Under the pieces are notes generated by a model. It was not told the origin of the DNA and made no database searches. It was given only the letters and a program-made list of their open reading frames with translations. The position numbers were made by a program, and so were the translations under genes. This document shows positions 12,823-25,394 of a stretch of DNA of 64,000 bases, in pieces. The stretch is from Paramecium tetraurelia. Lineage: Eukaryota. Location: positions 1 through 64,000 of the forward strand of contig CT868654.1 of the NCBI GenBank assembly GCA_000165425.1. Direction: 5' to 3'. The stretch's first letter is position 1. Every line of letters begins with the position of its first letter.

Positions 12823-13221
12823 TCATTAATTCCACCTCCTGATTACTTCTGTATTTAAAGTAGCTGCAAAATGTATCTAATCATTAGCACTAAGAGTAAA
12901 TTCGGCAGCTTGAAGTCCTTATGCTATTGCCATCAAAAATTAGGCGGCATGTCTATATTAATTCCAAGTGTTGGCTTATTGTGCAGCGGCGCATTAAAAA
13001 GAAGCATCTTTAATGAAATAGCCATCACATTTGCTTAAATGATGTCTACAAAATATGTCTCCGTATTAACTGATGTATGACATCTCTGAGCATGGCTTAT
13101 GATGCCATTCTCTTAATTCTGGAGATTTACATTTGCAATCTGGTGGGCAACTGCACTTTAATGGTATAACTTAGCCCTTATTAACTCCTCCTTTAGGTAA
13201 TTATGCAACTTGCATGCTCAT
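12823..13221 (-). CDS. Small Cys/His-rich putative Zn-binding protein (132 aa)
   Basis: Intronless code-6 ORF containing CSCPPDCKC, WHHKPCSEMSYISQYGDIFCRHHLSKC and FIKDASFQC, followed by an amphipathic helical tail. Missed by the ORF track. Confidence 0.8.
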
Positions 13222-13757
13222 ATAATTTTTAATATTAACCTTGAAGAAGGAACTTCTCCCTTTTACAATTAAAAAAAATATTCTATTACATATAATTCTT
13301 TAAAATTAATATGATCCGAACTCTAGAACTAAATTGAAATTGATAATAAGAGTAGGATTTTTGAGATAAATCTTAAATATAAAATAACAATTACCTAAAA
13401 TATCGGTGGTGTCTACTTATCAAAACTCCAAAGTCTAAAACATAGCAGCATATTTTAATTATGCTAAGTCCTTTATAAATGAAGTTCAACCTTTTGATTT
13501 CTATCAAGGTATCAGTTTTTTGATTCACAGAATGCCTCTTTATTTGCTAATCTAAAAGCTAAAATAAGATGAGAAGATAATGAAATATTTATTCTATTAG
13601 ATATTTTTAAAAAAGTGTAAAATAACAATAACATAATATAAATTAGCAGTTTAAATGATGTTTAAATTGCTAAGCTATGTTTAACTTATTTTTGATACTT
13701 TGTTAAATGTTAACAATTACTAAAATTATTTAACCAATAATTATTATTTAAATAAAT

Positions 13758-14570
13758 ATGATTGATGACTAATAATATATTTGTTAAGAACACAACATAG
13801 AGGCAACATTGATTTGCTGTATCTCTTAATGGCATTGCGAGCCTTTATGTGTTGAGTGCATACCAAATCACACTATGCAACACAATAAGAATAAAACTTA
13901 ATCATCAATCAAAAAATATTAAGATGTGTCATTAGAATGTCAATAAAAATTCAAATAATTCAACAATGAAATAGAGACTTTCAAAGAATAAATTGTTTAA
14001 GTTTATATCATTATTATTTATTAGGAAATAAATAAGCCATATGAAGATGAAAATTTAATGAATCTTAAGTTATGGAAGGAATAATACCTTTCATTTTTTG
14101 AAGCATACTTTAATAATCTAATAGCGAATTACGATTAGAAATTAAAACAATTTAGGCAGAATCAAACTGACTAATTCTAAAAAGTTATTCAAAATATAGA
14201 TAAGTTATCAAATCAATATTAGACACTAAAGAATGAAATCAATATTTACACTTTATCTAAATAAAAAGAGTTAGATTAGTTGAAGGATAATTTTTAACAA
14301 ATATAATAATTCAAGATCAAATAAAGTTACTCATTAAATCTCTTTGAATAATAGCAAATTAAAAATAAGATAAATGATCTTGTTTTAATCGATGATAATG
14401 ACCAAAGAGATTAAATTTAATAAAAGTAAGTCAAGAAGGAGTTTATACCATAAAAAAGCACTGTTTGTCCCTAATGTGGCACATAAATGACTTATGTTAG
14501 CGATTTTAAGAAACACTTGGAATGTCCCAAATGCACTAAGATTAAGAGGCCAAACACTTTAAAAAAATGA
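13758..14570 (+). CDS. B-box-like Zn finger, coiled coil and C-terminal Zn ribbon protein
   Basis: N-terminal CQEH..CCISQWHCEPLCVECIPNH, a coiled-coil middle, and C-terminal CPQC..CPKC. One 24-nt intron near 14001-14024. Confidence 0.75.
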
Positions 14571-14609
14571 TTGAATACAACTAATATATATATTTAAAAC
14601 TATTGAGGG

Positions 14610-14990
14610 ATGCCGCAATTAAAATATAAATTCTTAAAAATCAGTCTATGGATTCATAAACATAGTAAATGGAAAAAGAGAACTAAAACCGCTTTTAGAA
14701 TTAGACAATTTAAATTGAAAAACAAGAAAGGAAAAACTGATCTCCCTTAGGAGGCTCTTCAGAATAAAATTGTAATTAACATTAATATTAACTCACCTCT
14801 AAATCTATCTACTATATAGAATTTAAAATATTCAAATCTAATTTTCAAGCAAGATACGAAACAAATAATTTTACCAAACTCAGACAATAAAACCTTCTCA
14901 AGCCCTAAACCTTTTACAATTACTTTAAATTTTAAGCGCTAACTCTAAAGCTAATTTTATAGCAAGTATTTTACTATCATAATTCAATGA
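14610..14990 (+). CDS. Possible hypothetical protein (126 aa)
   Basis: Open ATG..TGA frame in code 6 with no recognisable motif; may be spurious. Confidence 0.25.
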
Positions 14991-15547
14991 TTAAATTATA
15001 ACTAATTCACTATGCTGAAAATTTATATTCTCTGAGTGAATTTAATTAAAGATGCCTTCGTTAAACAATCGCAAAAGAAATTAAATTAAGCTGAATAACA
15101 CATTTTTATTTTAATAAATAGCAATTAACTATGAGTTCGAGTAGAGTTCTCTAATTTCTTAGTATCTTAACAATCTTTTTTAATCTCTTTTAGTAAAATA
15201 ATCATATTCAATTCAAATAAATGATGTTATTTATTCAATATTATTATTTTATTTGTTGAATTTTATGATTACCGAATTAGTATTTATCTTAAATAATTCA
15301 AATCATATTCCGAGTTTAAATTGTTTTGAAGAAATTTAAGAAATTTCAATTGGATGAACTCTTACTAGTTTTTATTATAAATAATTATACTCTTTATAAA
15401 TAGTATTAATTTATTTTAGTACGTTTGTTTCTGAAACTCAAATTTGTTTCATTTATATGATAAGAGATTTAAGAAAATTATAATTTGATTATAGAAGATT
15501 TAATAACTTATACAATATTCTCAATTTTTTGTGACCGCTAGAGACCT

Positions 15548-17056
15548 TCATTTATTTTGCCTAAAATATTACTATTATGATAGGTTTGGTTACATTTGGT
15601 GTTCATAATATCTAACATTTGATAATGATAATTGTTATTAGTTATATGAGTTATATTAGTTTTATTAGTTTTATTAATTTAATACTTACTCCTGAATTGG
15701 CTAATTTAATTCTACATTTTATTATTACAATTTCGGTTTTGATTACAAACTAATATTGTTAACCCCTGAAACGCTTTTAAATTATTATGACACTGCTTTT
15801 AAAATTTATTCTGTGTTATTCTATATCACTTTAAGTTAATTTTCTGGAGACTGTTTTTTTATCAGTTAGTCTTTTTCATTAATCGCCAATTCTAGTTCTT
15901 TTATAGTTTTCTTTAGTTTAAAAATCTCATCCTATTTCTCTTATAACTTCTAGCATTCTTCTGAAAATTATACTGCATTATCTTTCCTACAACTTTTGAG
16001 CTTTTCTTCAAAATTTTGGTATTGCTGATTCAGTTTCAACTAAAATTCTTCTTCTTTAGTGGAAATTATTTAGAATAACAAATCACCAAAGACATATTTA
16101 GTATCTTGTTAAGACAAATCTTTTTCAAAATCTTAAAAAAATACTTTTATAATTTTTATCACCTCTTCATATTTAAAATATGATTCTTTCTGTAATTTTT
16201 TTAGATCATTTATCAAATCATTTATTACTTTTTAAGCCTTTAATTTAATTTCTTGTTTTTCATTTGAAATCAAATCTAATTTCGCTTTTTATTCTTTTTT
16301 CAACTTATCATACTCCTATAAAAAATCTTTTTAAAAATGCTCAGCATGAGAAGTTTTGCTACATCTTTCACAATGATATTCTAAATCATTTAACTCTAAA
16401 CATGTAATATTGGTGCATATTGAAGATTTCTATTTACAATGTTCATTACAGTATCCGAAAGGAGATTTTTTCTAAAAGAAAGATTCAATTTTAAATGATT
16501 GTTCCTCGATTTTTATAATGTTTTCATTAATGGTTGATGGCTTTAAATAATCTATTTTTTATTTGAGATCCGAAATTAAATCATCAATTGTTTATGTAAT
16601 TTATTATTTGGCCTACTCATGGACTTTTTTATCAACAGAAAATTTAGCAAAATATATGTAGGTATCAAGCGAGGGATTAGAATCTTGCATTAACTTTTCT
16701 GCATTTGTTTTATTCCTCGATATTTTTCTACTTTATTGATCAACAAATTCAATCAAATTTTTTTATAAATCAGAAAAAATTTTGAAAATTTTTGATTATA
16801 TTTCTGTAATATCTTACTCTATTTTTTTTTTCAAATCTGAATTATCTGCGATATCCTGTTCCAAATTACTTTTGTATTAATTATAGTTATTAAAGGCCCT
16901 CTCCTTTAATTTAATATAATTTACACCTCGATGTTAACATAAACATTTTTAACAAAGTAACTTGTTATTCTGTAGTTCAATACATTACAATTCTTGACAA
17001 ACATACATTAATTACTCACTATCATGGCCGGCAATCTAGCACAAATCACTCATCAT
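15548..17056 (-). CDS. B-box-like Zn finger and coiled-coil protein
   Basis: MMSDLCQIAGHDSEQLMYVCQELQC..LLCQKCLCQH, then a long K/E/Q coiled coil and a Q/N-rich tail. TGA at 15548-15550. Confidence 0.72.
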
Positions 17057-17677
17057 AGAATGATAGTATTCAAAAAAAATTAATTATATTTAATGCAGAA
17101 TTTTTCAAACTAAAATTTATGAATTTCAACTCCCATTCGTTTTATATATATTTATTAAGCAGCTTAACCAAAAACAAAAAGAAATATAAGATCAATAATA
17201 TTTAACATTACAATTAGAAAATTAGCCCTCATTTTACATTGCAATTAGCATTAATAACAGTTGCTTAATAATAAAAAATTTTATTCTATATTAATAATTC
17301 AAAGACTTACATATTGTAATCATTTAAAACCTATATCTTTTTGTATCAACAAGTTAATTTTAATAGTTTAATTAATCTAATTCATGTTAAATTCTGGTTT
17401 TTGCATAGATTTTTATAAATATTATATTATAAAAATGAAGACTTAAGATTAAGTATCAACCTAAAATAAAGAGAAAGCAATAAATAGGAAGAAGATCTTT
17501 AATAAGAAGGAAATTTAATAGTATACAATGATTATAATTTTAAAGTTTTGAATACTTTAAAACAACTCAAAAACTATGACTATACTCTACTTTTTGGAAA
17601 ATTACTGAGATTCTGAAATGAAAGCTTTCTTAAAAAGATTTACAATCAATTTTAATATAATAATTTTATATGAATAA

Positions 17678-19697
17678 TCATATCACCATTTTTTCACTTA
17701 AATAATTTATAAACATGGATAAGTATTTCTCTTGGGTTTATAATAATAAATTATTCGTCTTAAAAACATAACAATCCGGATCTTATAATCTTTATACCAT
17801 TAATTTGAGCAATTGCTAATTATGGCGATTGGCAGCACAAATCTTTTCGATCATTCTTCCATCAAAGAAGAATTAAGCCAATTCTTCAGATATATCCAAA
17901 TTTTCAAATATTTAATTCTCCAAAGTATAACAAATAAATTGACTGGCAATCAAAGAATGGGTAGATGCTTAAATATAATTAATTTTAATACCTCCGATAG
18001 ATTTAAAATTTTAAAAAAGACACTCCAAAACTCGAATTTCAGCTATGTATTAATGTACTTCAAATTAGGGTATATATAGATATGCTTCAAAGTATTTTAC
18101 AATTTGTCTGATAGATTTATTATACTATTAATTTTTATAATGAAATAGCGATTGTTTTTTGTATAATTTGGAGTATTTAAATTACAATTTATCTTCTAAT
18201 AAACTTTAATCAAACTATTGAATAGTGACAATTTTCTCTCTTTTAAAGGATTTTATCAATAATTTCACTTTAACATCATGAGGGAGTTTGATTTCAAAAG
18301 GTGGAAAATCTTAATTTAATATAGGCATTAAGGAATAATAATTATTAAAATCAAGTGGGTTATATTCTGTTATAGATTTTAGAATTAAAGCCTAGATTTA
18401 CTCTAAAATGAATTTGGATAAACAGTTTTCAATGAAGAAAGTTAGATTGTCCAAACAATTTGTAAATAACTCCTATATTTAATCAAGAAACAATTTGATA
18501 TCAGAGTGACTTAATATTAAAGACAAAGCTAATTATACGTTTTGATTATATTAATCTATCTTAAAAGGCATTGAAATAGGTGATTTTTATATGATATCGA
18601 CAAATTCTTATATGCTTTTTACTTAATCTATTACAGTTCTTGTTTAATCTTGTAAGGTCTTATAAAATTTATTAATCAGATTTATAAGAACTTTAGTAGC
18701 ATCCTTATTTCCATTTGCAAATTTGCAAATCAATTAAGCGATAATGCTTATGATATTGATTTCAGAGATTGCAGAGACTTCCAATTATCTAATCAATAGA
18801 TCTATATCTGAAATTTGAGAATTTTTCAGGAAAATACTGATCAATTTATCAACTAAGGGATCAGCTCCATTGACTATTCTTTGCAATTACAATAGCAGTT
18901 CTCTATTATTTGTAGAGATACCATTTTGGAGATAAATAACGATTATTCTGGTACTACTGGGTCCATCCAAAATTTCCTTCTCAATAAAGGATCTCGTTAC
19001 TGTCTTATTTTGTCTTTAGACAATCTATTATTCTTGTGATTCATCAGAATCAGTGACAGGTGACAATTCATCTTTACTTTATAAAATAATATATCTATAG
19101 TCTTCAATTTTTTCACTAGAATAGCCAACTGGGAATTCAGTTAAAGTCTTTTGAAGTTTATCGTGAATATAAAATAGATGTTCAATGTTATGCTCTTCTT
19201 GGAGCATGTAGAATTCAATTAATCTCTAAGCATTGAGAATCGCAATAGGTTCAATGGAATTAGACAAAGTCTATTCTAACTCTTAGAGATTAATCATAGA
19301 ATTCAATCTTTCTGGGGTTATTTCTTTATGTAAAATGTACTCTGTTAAGTATTCAAGAGTGTATGCTGAAAATAACAATTTATAGTATTCAGATTATTGG
19401 ACTCCTTTGAAATAGTGTTAGACAAGTTCGAATTGTAGATTCTTTTTAGAGAAATCGCTTAGAATAGGTGTATACATTTCATTAATTTGGTATACTACTT
19501 ATAAGAGTCTTTTGAATTTCTTTCCTTAAAATTTTGAATCCTCTAAACACACAGATTGCAAATGATCTAGATAGGTTTGGAAGAGCGCTCTTTGATTCGG
19601 TAGATCTAGAGCTTTCATCTATTTAAGAAGAGTGAATTACGTATTCCTTGATGAGGGAAGGTTTTACACAAAATTCAAGCCATGTATATCGCTCCAT
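17678..19697 (-). CDS. Alpha-helical protein, candidate Integrator complex subunit 8 homologue
   Basis: Frame checked line by line: 22-nt intron at 19619-19640 and a probable 24-nt intron at 17968-17991. N-terminal MERYTWLEF and C-terminal GASTHSLIASQF..FFFDGRMIEKI resemble INTS8 as recalled. The gene is secure; the identity is inferred. Confidence 0.6.
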
Positions 19698-20421
19698 TAA
19701 TAATAATTATTGATTTAATGAATATTATATACAGAGGTGAAAATTTTAATCCAAAAAGAAAATATAGTATAATCTCGACGTTAGATATATTGCCTTACAG
19801 TATTTTGATATTGAATTCATGGTTCAATCTGAGATATTATATTAGACTCTTATACATTATAAATTACTTAATATTTGTTATGAAGATTTATAAAATTGAT
19901 AGACAGGTTCAAAAATATGTACCGAAATATCAAATATTTCATTATCAAATGTTAAGAAAATGAAGAATGGCAGAATATAAATTATTTTAACTCATAAAAA
20001 TTTTCATATTTTTTATATTTTCCTTTCTTAAAACAAATGCAAGAATATTTTCTACTTTAAATAATCTAAAAATATTTTTATTATCAGAATATGTTATAAA
20101 TATTTATTTAATTAGTTTGATAGATATGAAATAGTTAGAATTATGATTTACTCTATATATTTTAGATTATGATGCTATAATATATATTAGATTTATTCAG
20201 AGTATCAACTATTAATATATTAAAAAAGCCAAAAATAGATTTATATTCAAGGTTAATTTTAATAATTTAAAATAAAAACATAATTTGAAATTAGTGTGCT
20301 ATACCGAGGGGAATTAGTTTTAACAATTTGTATCATTTTTTGAACAATTTAATCTTCTTCACCTTTTATATCAATAATGTTAGCAGTTAGTTTGTTATAA
20401 ACTATATGAAGTTGTATGCAA

Positions 20422-21260
20422 TCAGAACAGCTTATTTTTCTTTTTATTTTTTAGGTAATTAAGCTGAGTAAACATCTTTTCTGAATTGCTATTCACTTGG
20501 GATTCATGATCCCCTATTTATTTATCATCCTATAATGATTCACTAATTCCCATGACCTCCTTGCTGAAAGTAAGAATAATGCATTTAATTTATTTATTGG
20601 GATTGTTCAAAGCTACATAAGATTGATTTTTCAAAATTATTTCATAATCATAGATATGCTAAGAAATTAACATATTTGAATTAGAAGTACGGTAAATGGC
20701 CTTTTAGGAATGACACTAGCTATGGGATTATTTAATCAATCCTTCTTTGAATTAATTTAAGTTTAGATTGATTATCTCTTAGTTTACAGCTTTTTAGAAA
20801 GAATTAAAATTGAAGAGTTGTATTTTATTCTTAACTCAATTCTTGCATAATATTTCCACCCTTTTTCACGAAAATAACGAATGACTAATCATTTAAATTT
20901 ATTAATTGCATATAATTTAATTAAATTGCTAAATAAAGTAATAATACAGCAGCCATTCGGTTTATAATATTAATTAATCATCTATGGAGGATTGTTTTTA
21001 GGACAAATTATTTGAGATATTGACCATTTATCTATCAAAAATAACTTTCAATAAAAATTGCTCAAACAACAAACAGTGTCTAATTAGTAGACCATTAATA
21101 ACTAATGAGCATTTATTTTATTTTTATCTTATACATTAGTAAATATAACATAGCGACTGATTTTGAATATAAGTAAATTCTAAATTAAGGTTTAGTATAG
21201 ACTATTGATATTGAATAGAGGCGATTTTACTTATTATGCCATAATGAGATAGCTTAAACT
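20422..21260 (-). pseudogene. Possible decayed or unresolved ORF
   Basis: A long open stretch ends at TGA 20422-20424, but it is interrupted by TGAs near 20830-20870 and no clean intron model joins the parts. Confidence 0.25.
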
Positions 21261-21319
21261 TATCCTAAATCGATTCTCATTCAGTTTATTATAATTTTGA
21301 TAATATAATATAATACTTT

Positions 21320-22175
21320 ATGAATAATAGGAATAAGGTATTGATTCATTGAAACTTTTTAAAGTTAAGAATAAAGGATATTTTAGGATAGAATGATATT
21401 CTTTTGGATGAAGCCAGCAATGAATAATTTCGGATTCAGTAAAGGTTTTTAAGAAATCATCAAAATATGTTTGAATAATTGACATCCACTCTTACAACTA
21501 GACCATTAACATTCGCAAAGTTTTCGTTTCAAAAGGGTGAAGTGGAATCAGACGAATAACTAAGACCCATTGTTAGTGGAATTTATCAGCATTAGAGACA
21601 GGGTTCTATGCTTACGAGCGAACTTTGGTCGAAAAAGCAATGTCGACAATATTTGAAGTAAACCAAGTATGCATATTGTTTATACACTCAGCATGTAGAC
21701 AGCCAAGGGTGTTCTGAAGAGATTTGCTCATTGGGAGTGGGATTAGAATTCTAATAAGGAAAGATTTAAGAATCTCACTGAAAAGCATAAATAAATTACT
21801 TATACTAATGAACGTGAATTGGTAACCAAATTGTAATTGGGTACTATTGAAGGTGAGAAGAGATTAAGATAGAAAATACTGAGAGATTGGAGAATACAAT
21901 AGAGTTACGACATTCAAGGAGAATTAGAGAAGTACAAAGATTCAGAGATTATTAAATCCAAAGGAATGAAGTCTCATAAATAGAGTTAATCATATGGATA
22001 ATTGCCATTGAGATTTTTGGTTAAAAATCATCAAATAAACCATATTATAACAGAGCTTTCAGAATTGCAGGAAGATACGAAGAAAGATAAGAAGAATTTT
22101 GATAGAGTGTTAAAATAAAAGAGAAATAACAATCGTTTATAAAAGATATCTTTTGATTAATTTTTGTAAGACTGA
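21320..22175 (+). CDS. Hypothetical protein (~267 aa)
   Basis: Starts MNNRNKLRIKDILGQNDILLDEA. Open with 27-nt and 25-nt GT-AG introns; the spliced length is divisible by 3. Confidence 0.7.
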
Positions 22176-22266
22176 TTATAGATAATAATAATTGTTTGGA
22201 CTTTGAATTTAGTTCATTTTTATAATAATATATAAACTCGACTAGAATGTTGTTCAATATTAAATA

Positions 22267-23274
22267 ATGAACTAATCAAGTTGGTTTTCCCTTGAGGAAG
22301 TAGAATTGCAACACTAAATTACTGCTGCCAATCCTCCAGTAATTAAGGAACGAAAATTGCCAGAAAAATTAGACATGGATTCACTCCTATCTTAGTACAA
22401 ATCGATTGAAATAAATCCAAATCTGATCAAATATGTGGTTGTTGAAAGTGAAACAACTGAGAATTCTAAACAGGTCAACTTTAAATCTAAAATTAAACTT
22501 AAATGCGAGGAACGAGACTTGCATGGAAGTCTAGCCAATAAGGGTACAAATAATATTCAGGCCACTAAAATATCCATGGCATCCAGCATTCCATATATCT
22601 AAGGTTTAAGATCTGCTTTTCTATCAATGAAGGAAGGAGATGTTGCTTGGTTCAAATTATCAAATGAATAGATGTACACAGAGTAAGAAATTGCAAGTGG
22701 AATCCCAGTCCAATCTTTCCAAAAATATTTCAAAATCGAAATATTAGAAGTCACTCAGCCAGAAATCCCTCTTGACTTAACAAGTCTAGACAAGTATTTA
22801 CTTCATTTATATTAAAGTCGACTCAAGCAGATGGAATTGTTTAAAATTGAAGGAAATTAATTCTACGAAAAGCAGTAGTATCAAAGTGCATTACTGAGAT
22901 ACTAAAGAGGACTAAACTTTCTAGAAAAATGGCCTAAAAAGTTTGAAAGCAATCCTGTAGCTATTGAAGCCAAAAGGAATTCTTTGTTGGTGCTATCAAG
23001 TAATAAGGCATAATGCTTGATCAAGCTATAAGACTATAAATAAGCAATCTCAGTACTCGAGCCTTTAATCGGTTAGATGAGAAACAAGGTATTTATTTGA
23101 GCATCATTAATATCTTAGTAATATGAGGTCAAGAATTACTACAGGTTAATCAGTTGTTTCTATGAGACAGATGAATAAGTTAAAGCAGATTTCTATTACA
23201 GACAGGTTATTCATATGTGTTAGCTTTCACAAGAAGAAAAGCAGCTGTTTCATTCTATCAAATTCAAAAAGTGA
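22267..23274 (+). CDS. FKBP-like domain and TPR protein
   Basis: IQGLRSAFLSMKEGDVAWF..YFKIEILEV (degenerate FKBP fold), then FKIEGNQFYEKQQYQSALLRYQRG and SNKAQCLIKLQDYKQAI (TPRs). Two introns. Confidence 0.8.
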
Positions 23275-23825
23275 TTTATTTATAAGTTATTTTTTATTAT
23301 ATAGATATCAATTTAAAACGTATTGAAATCTTGTTTTTGATGATTGCAACTTAATATCTTATATAGTATATTAAATATATAGTCTTCAAGAGTTTGTAGA
23401 ATGATAAAAGGTGTATGGTAAATTGATTAAAATGAAATATGGTGGAATAAATAATGTAAACTGAGAAGAATTTTAATCATCTTAATTACCAATCAATCAA
23501 AGAAGAACGTCAAGGAAAATTATTCTTAAAATAAAAAAGAAAAGTCTTGGATCAAAATAATCGGATGAAATATTTTGATTCATAATTTTGTTAGAATAAG
23601 ACTATCAAAATTTGAGACTAAAAGGAACTCAACTAATTCTTTGAATTATGAGATCTTCAAAAGAAGAAATCCAATACAACTTTGAATTATTATTTATTAA
23701 GTCTGAATAATTAATTAATATTACTCTCCCTCCATAGATTTTACTTCAATCTATTTGTCCTGTTATTTTAGAAATCCAAATTAATATAAAATTAAATGCA
23801 AAAATCAATTAATGATAACATATAA

Positions 23826-25241
23826 TCAGCTTATGAATATAACTATGAAGGTAATATCATCAACTACTGAATCATCTTCCTATTTTAATCATATAATTAT
23901 TTACTAAAGTCCACATTTTATAGGAGATTTGCATTAATTCATCACAGGCTCCCTCCAAATTGCCTTAAAGATAATGCCTGCCTACAATATCGACTACGCT
24001 TTGATTATCAATAAATTCCCAGACTCCATCACTTCCTAAAATAATGAATTTATCCTATGGAGTCAATTAATATTCAAATATCTCTAAAAGCAATAGAAAT
24101 TATAGAAATTACCAGGAACACTAGAAACACCAACTGATTGTGCAATCTAATCACCAAGACTACGACTCATGGCCAATCCTGGATAATTTCCATCTCTAAC
24201 CCAAACTCGAGCTGGTCCAATCGAATTACCTAATGGATTAATGAATGATACCTTGATCATCGTAGTAAGTGTCTACTCTACCACCATGCATATGTATTCT
24301 ATTCATTTCTTTTTCAATGCATGGTTTGTGATCGATTGATAGGGGGAATGGTTTGAATCTTTGATTGTTTCCAAGTCTTCCAACAATTGCTCTACTGTCT
24401 CCGACATTGGAACAGATTAGATGTCCACCGTCTTGGATTAAGATGACATTCATAGTGGTGCCACTGAATTGAGTGTCAAATGGTTGTTAATTAATTAGGT
24501 TAGCTAGGACAGAGATGGATTTAACTATGGCTTGTCTGGGATGTTATTTAAGTTGATGATCTCTTTTTAGTAGTTTAGTGAAATGATCTCTAACATATTA
24601 TGAAACAAAATGCCCATTTTATCCGTGACCATCACATACAGAGAAGAGATGCATGTCAGAGACGATGTTGGTTTCACAAATAAAAGTGTCTTAATTAGTT
24701 TTATTGGGATTGGATGCCAATTGGCCTTGTCTTGTTCTGCTGCTAAAAGATAGTTTGAATTGTAGGAAATCAGGATTGTAATGCAAGGATTAAGCAGATC
24801 GATATTTGAGATCGCTTTTAGGTTCTTATCGCATGTTGTGAGTACTCGAACTTTAAGCTCTGCGTACTTATTAATCAATGGTGGAATTGTTAAGCTGTAA
24901 ATTATGAATATAGATTCTGTTACAAAATTGTGCCATAAATTTCTTTTATCCACATTGGTCTTCTGCTTTTAATTGGCATATTATTTAATCAGATTCTAAG
25001 TGGATTCAACTACAGTTTATCGTTTTGGTTACAGTGATTCGTAGGGTCTAGATATTTCTATTTTTAAGGAACTCAAAATACTTTTTTAAGAGTTCTTGGC
25101 ATCAATGGTAGCAGATCTGGGCTATCGCAACTAAGAGAAATTGGTCTTGAGCTATTTGGCACTGGATTTCTGTGTCTATTCTATGCGTAGATTCTTGATA
25201 AAGTAATTGTTGGTGATTTGGGTAAGGTTTTCCTTCCTCAT
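23826..25241 (-). CDS. Protein phosphatase 2C
   Basis: NQDTF, VCDGHG, SGTT, NVGDSRA, DHKP, GLAMSRSLGD, GSDGVWE and DDIT. The start is uncertain: 25241, or possibly 25384. Confidence 0.92.
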
Positions 25242-25394
25242 GAAAATGCTATCAATCAGTACAATTTAGCAATGGTTTTAACATCACTATTCAAGTATGC
25301 TGCATATGACGTCTGTGATTTGCTACCTATCGCCTGTTTTGGTTTCTTTGCATTTGCTTTGTAAATATCAACTGTTCTTTTCATTAATTAATAA

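Noticed and set aside
12835..13230. Plus-strand Cys-rich frame with several in-frame TGA (selenoprotein or readthrough idea)
   Set aside because: It is the antisense shadow of an intact minus-strand ORF at 12823-13221.
17435..17580. Tiny plus-strand ORF (MKTQDQVSTQ.., ~40 aa with one intron)
   Set aside because: Too short, with no motif; it cannot be distinguished from chance in code 6.
23401..23700. Possible Myb-domain relic (IKGVW, KYGG, FNHLN fragments)
   Set aside because: The fragments lie in different frames and are too short to support a call without a search.
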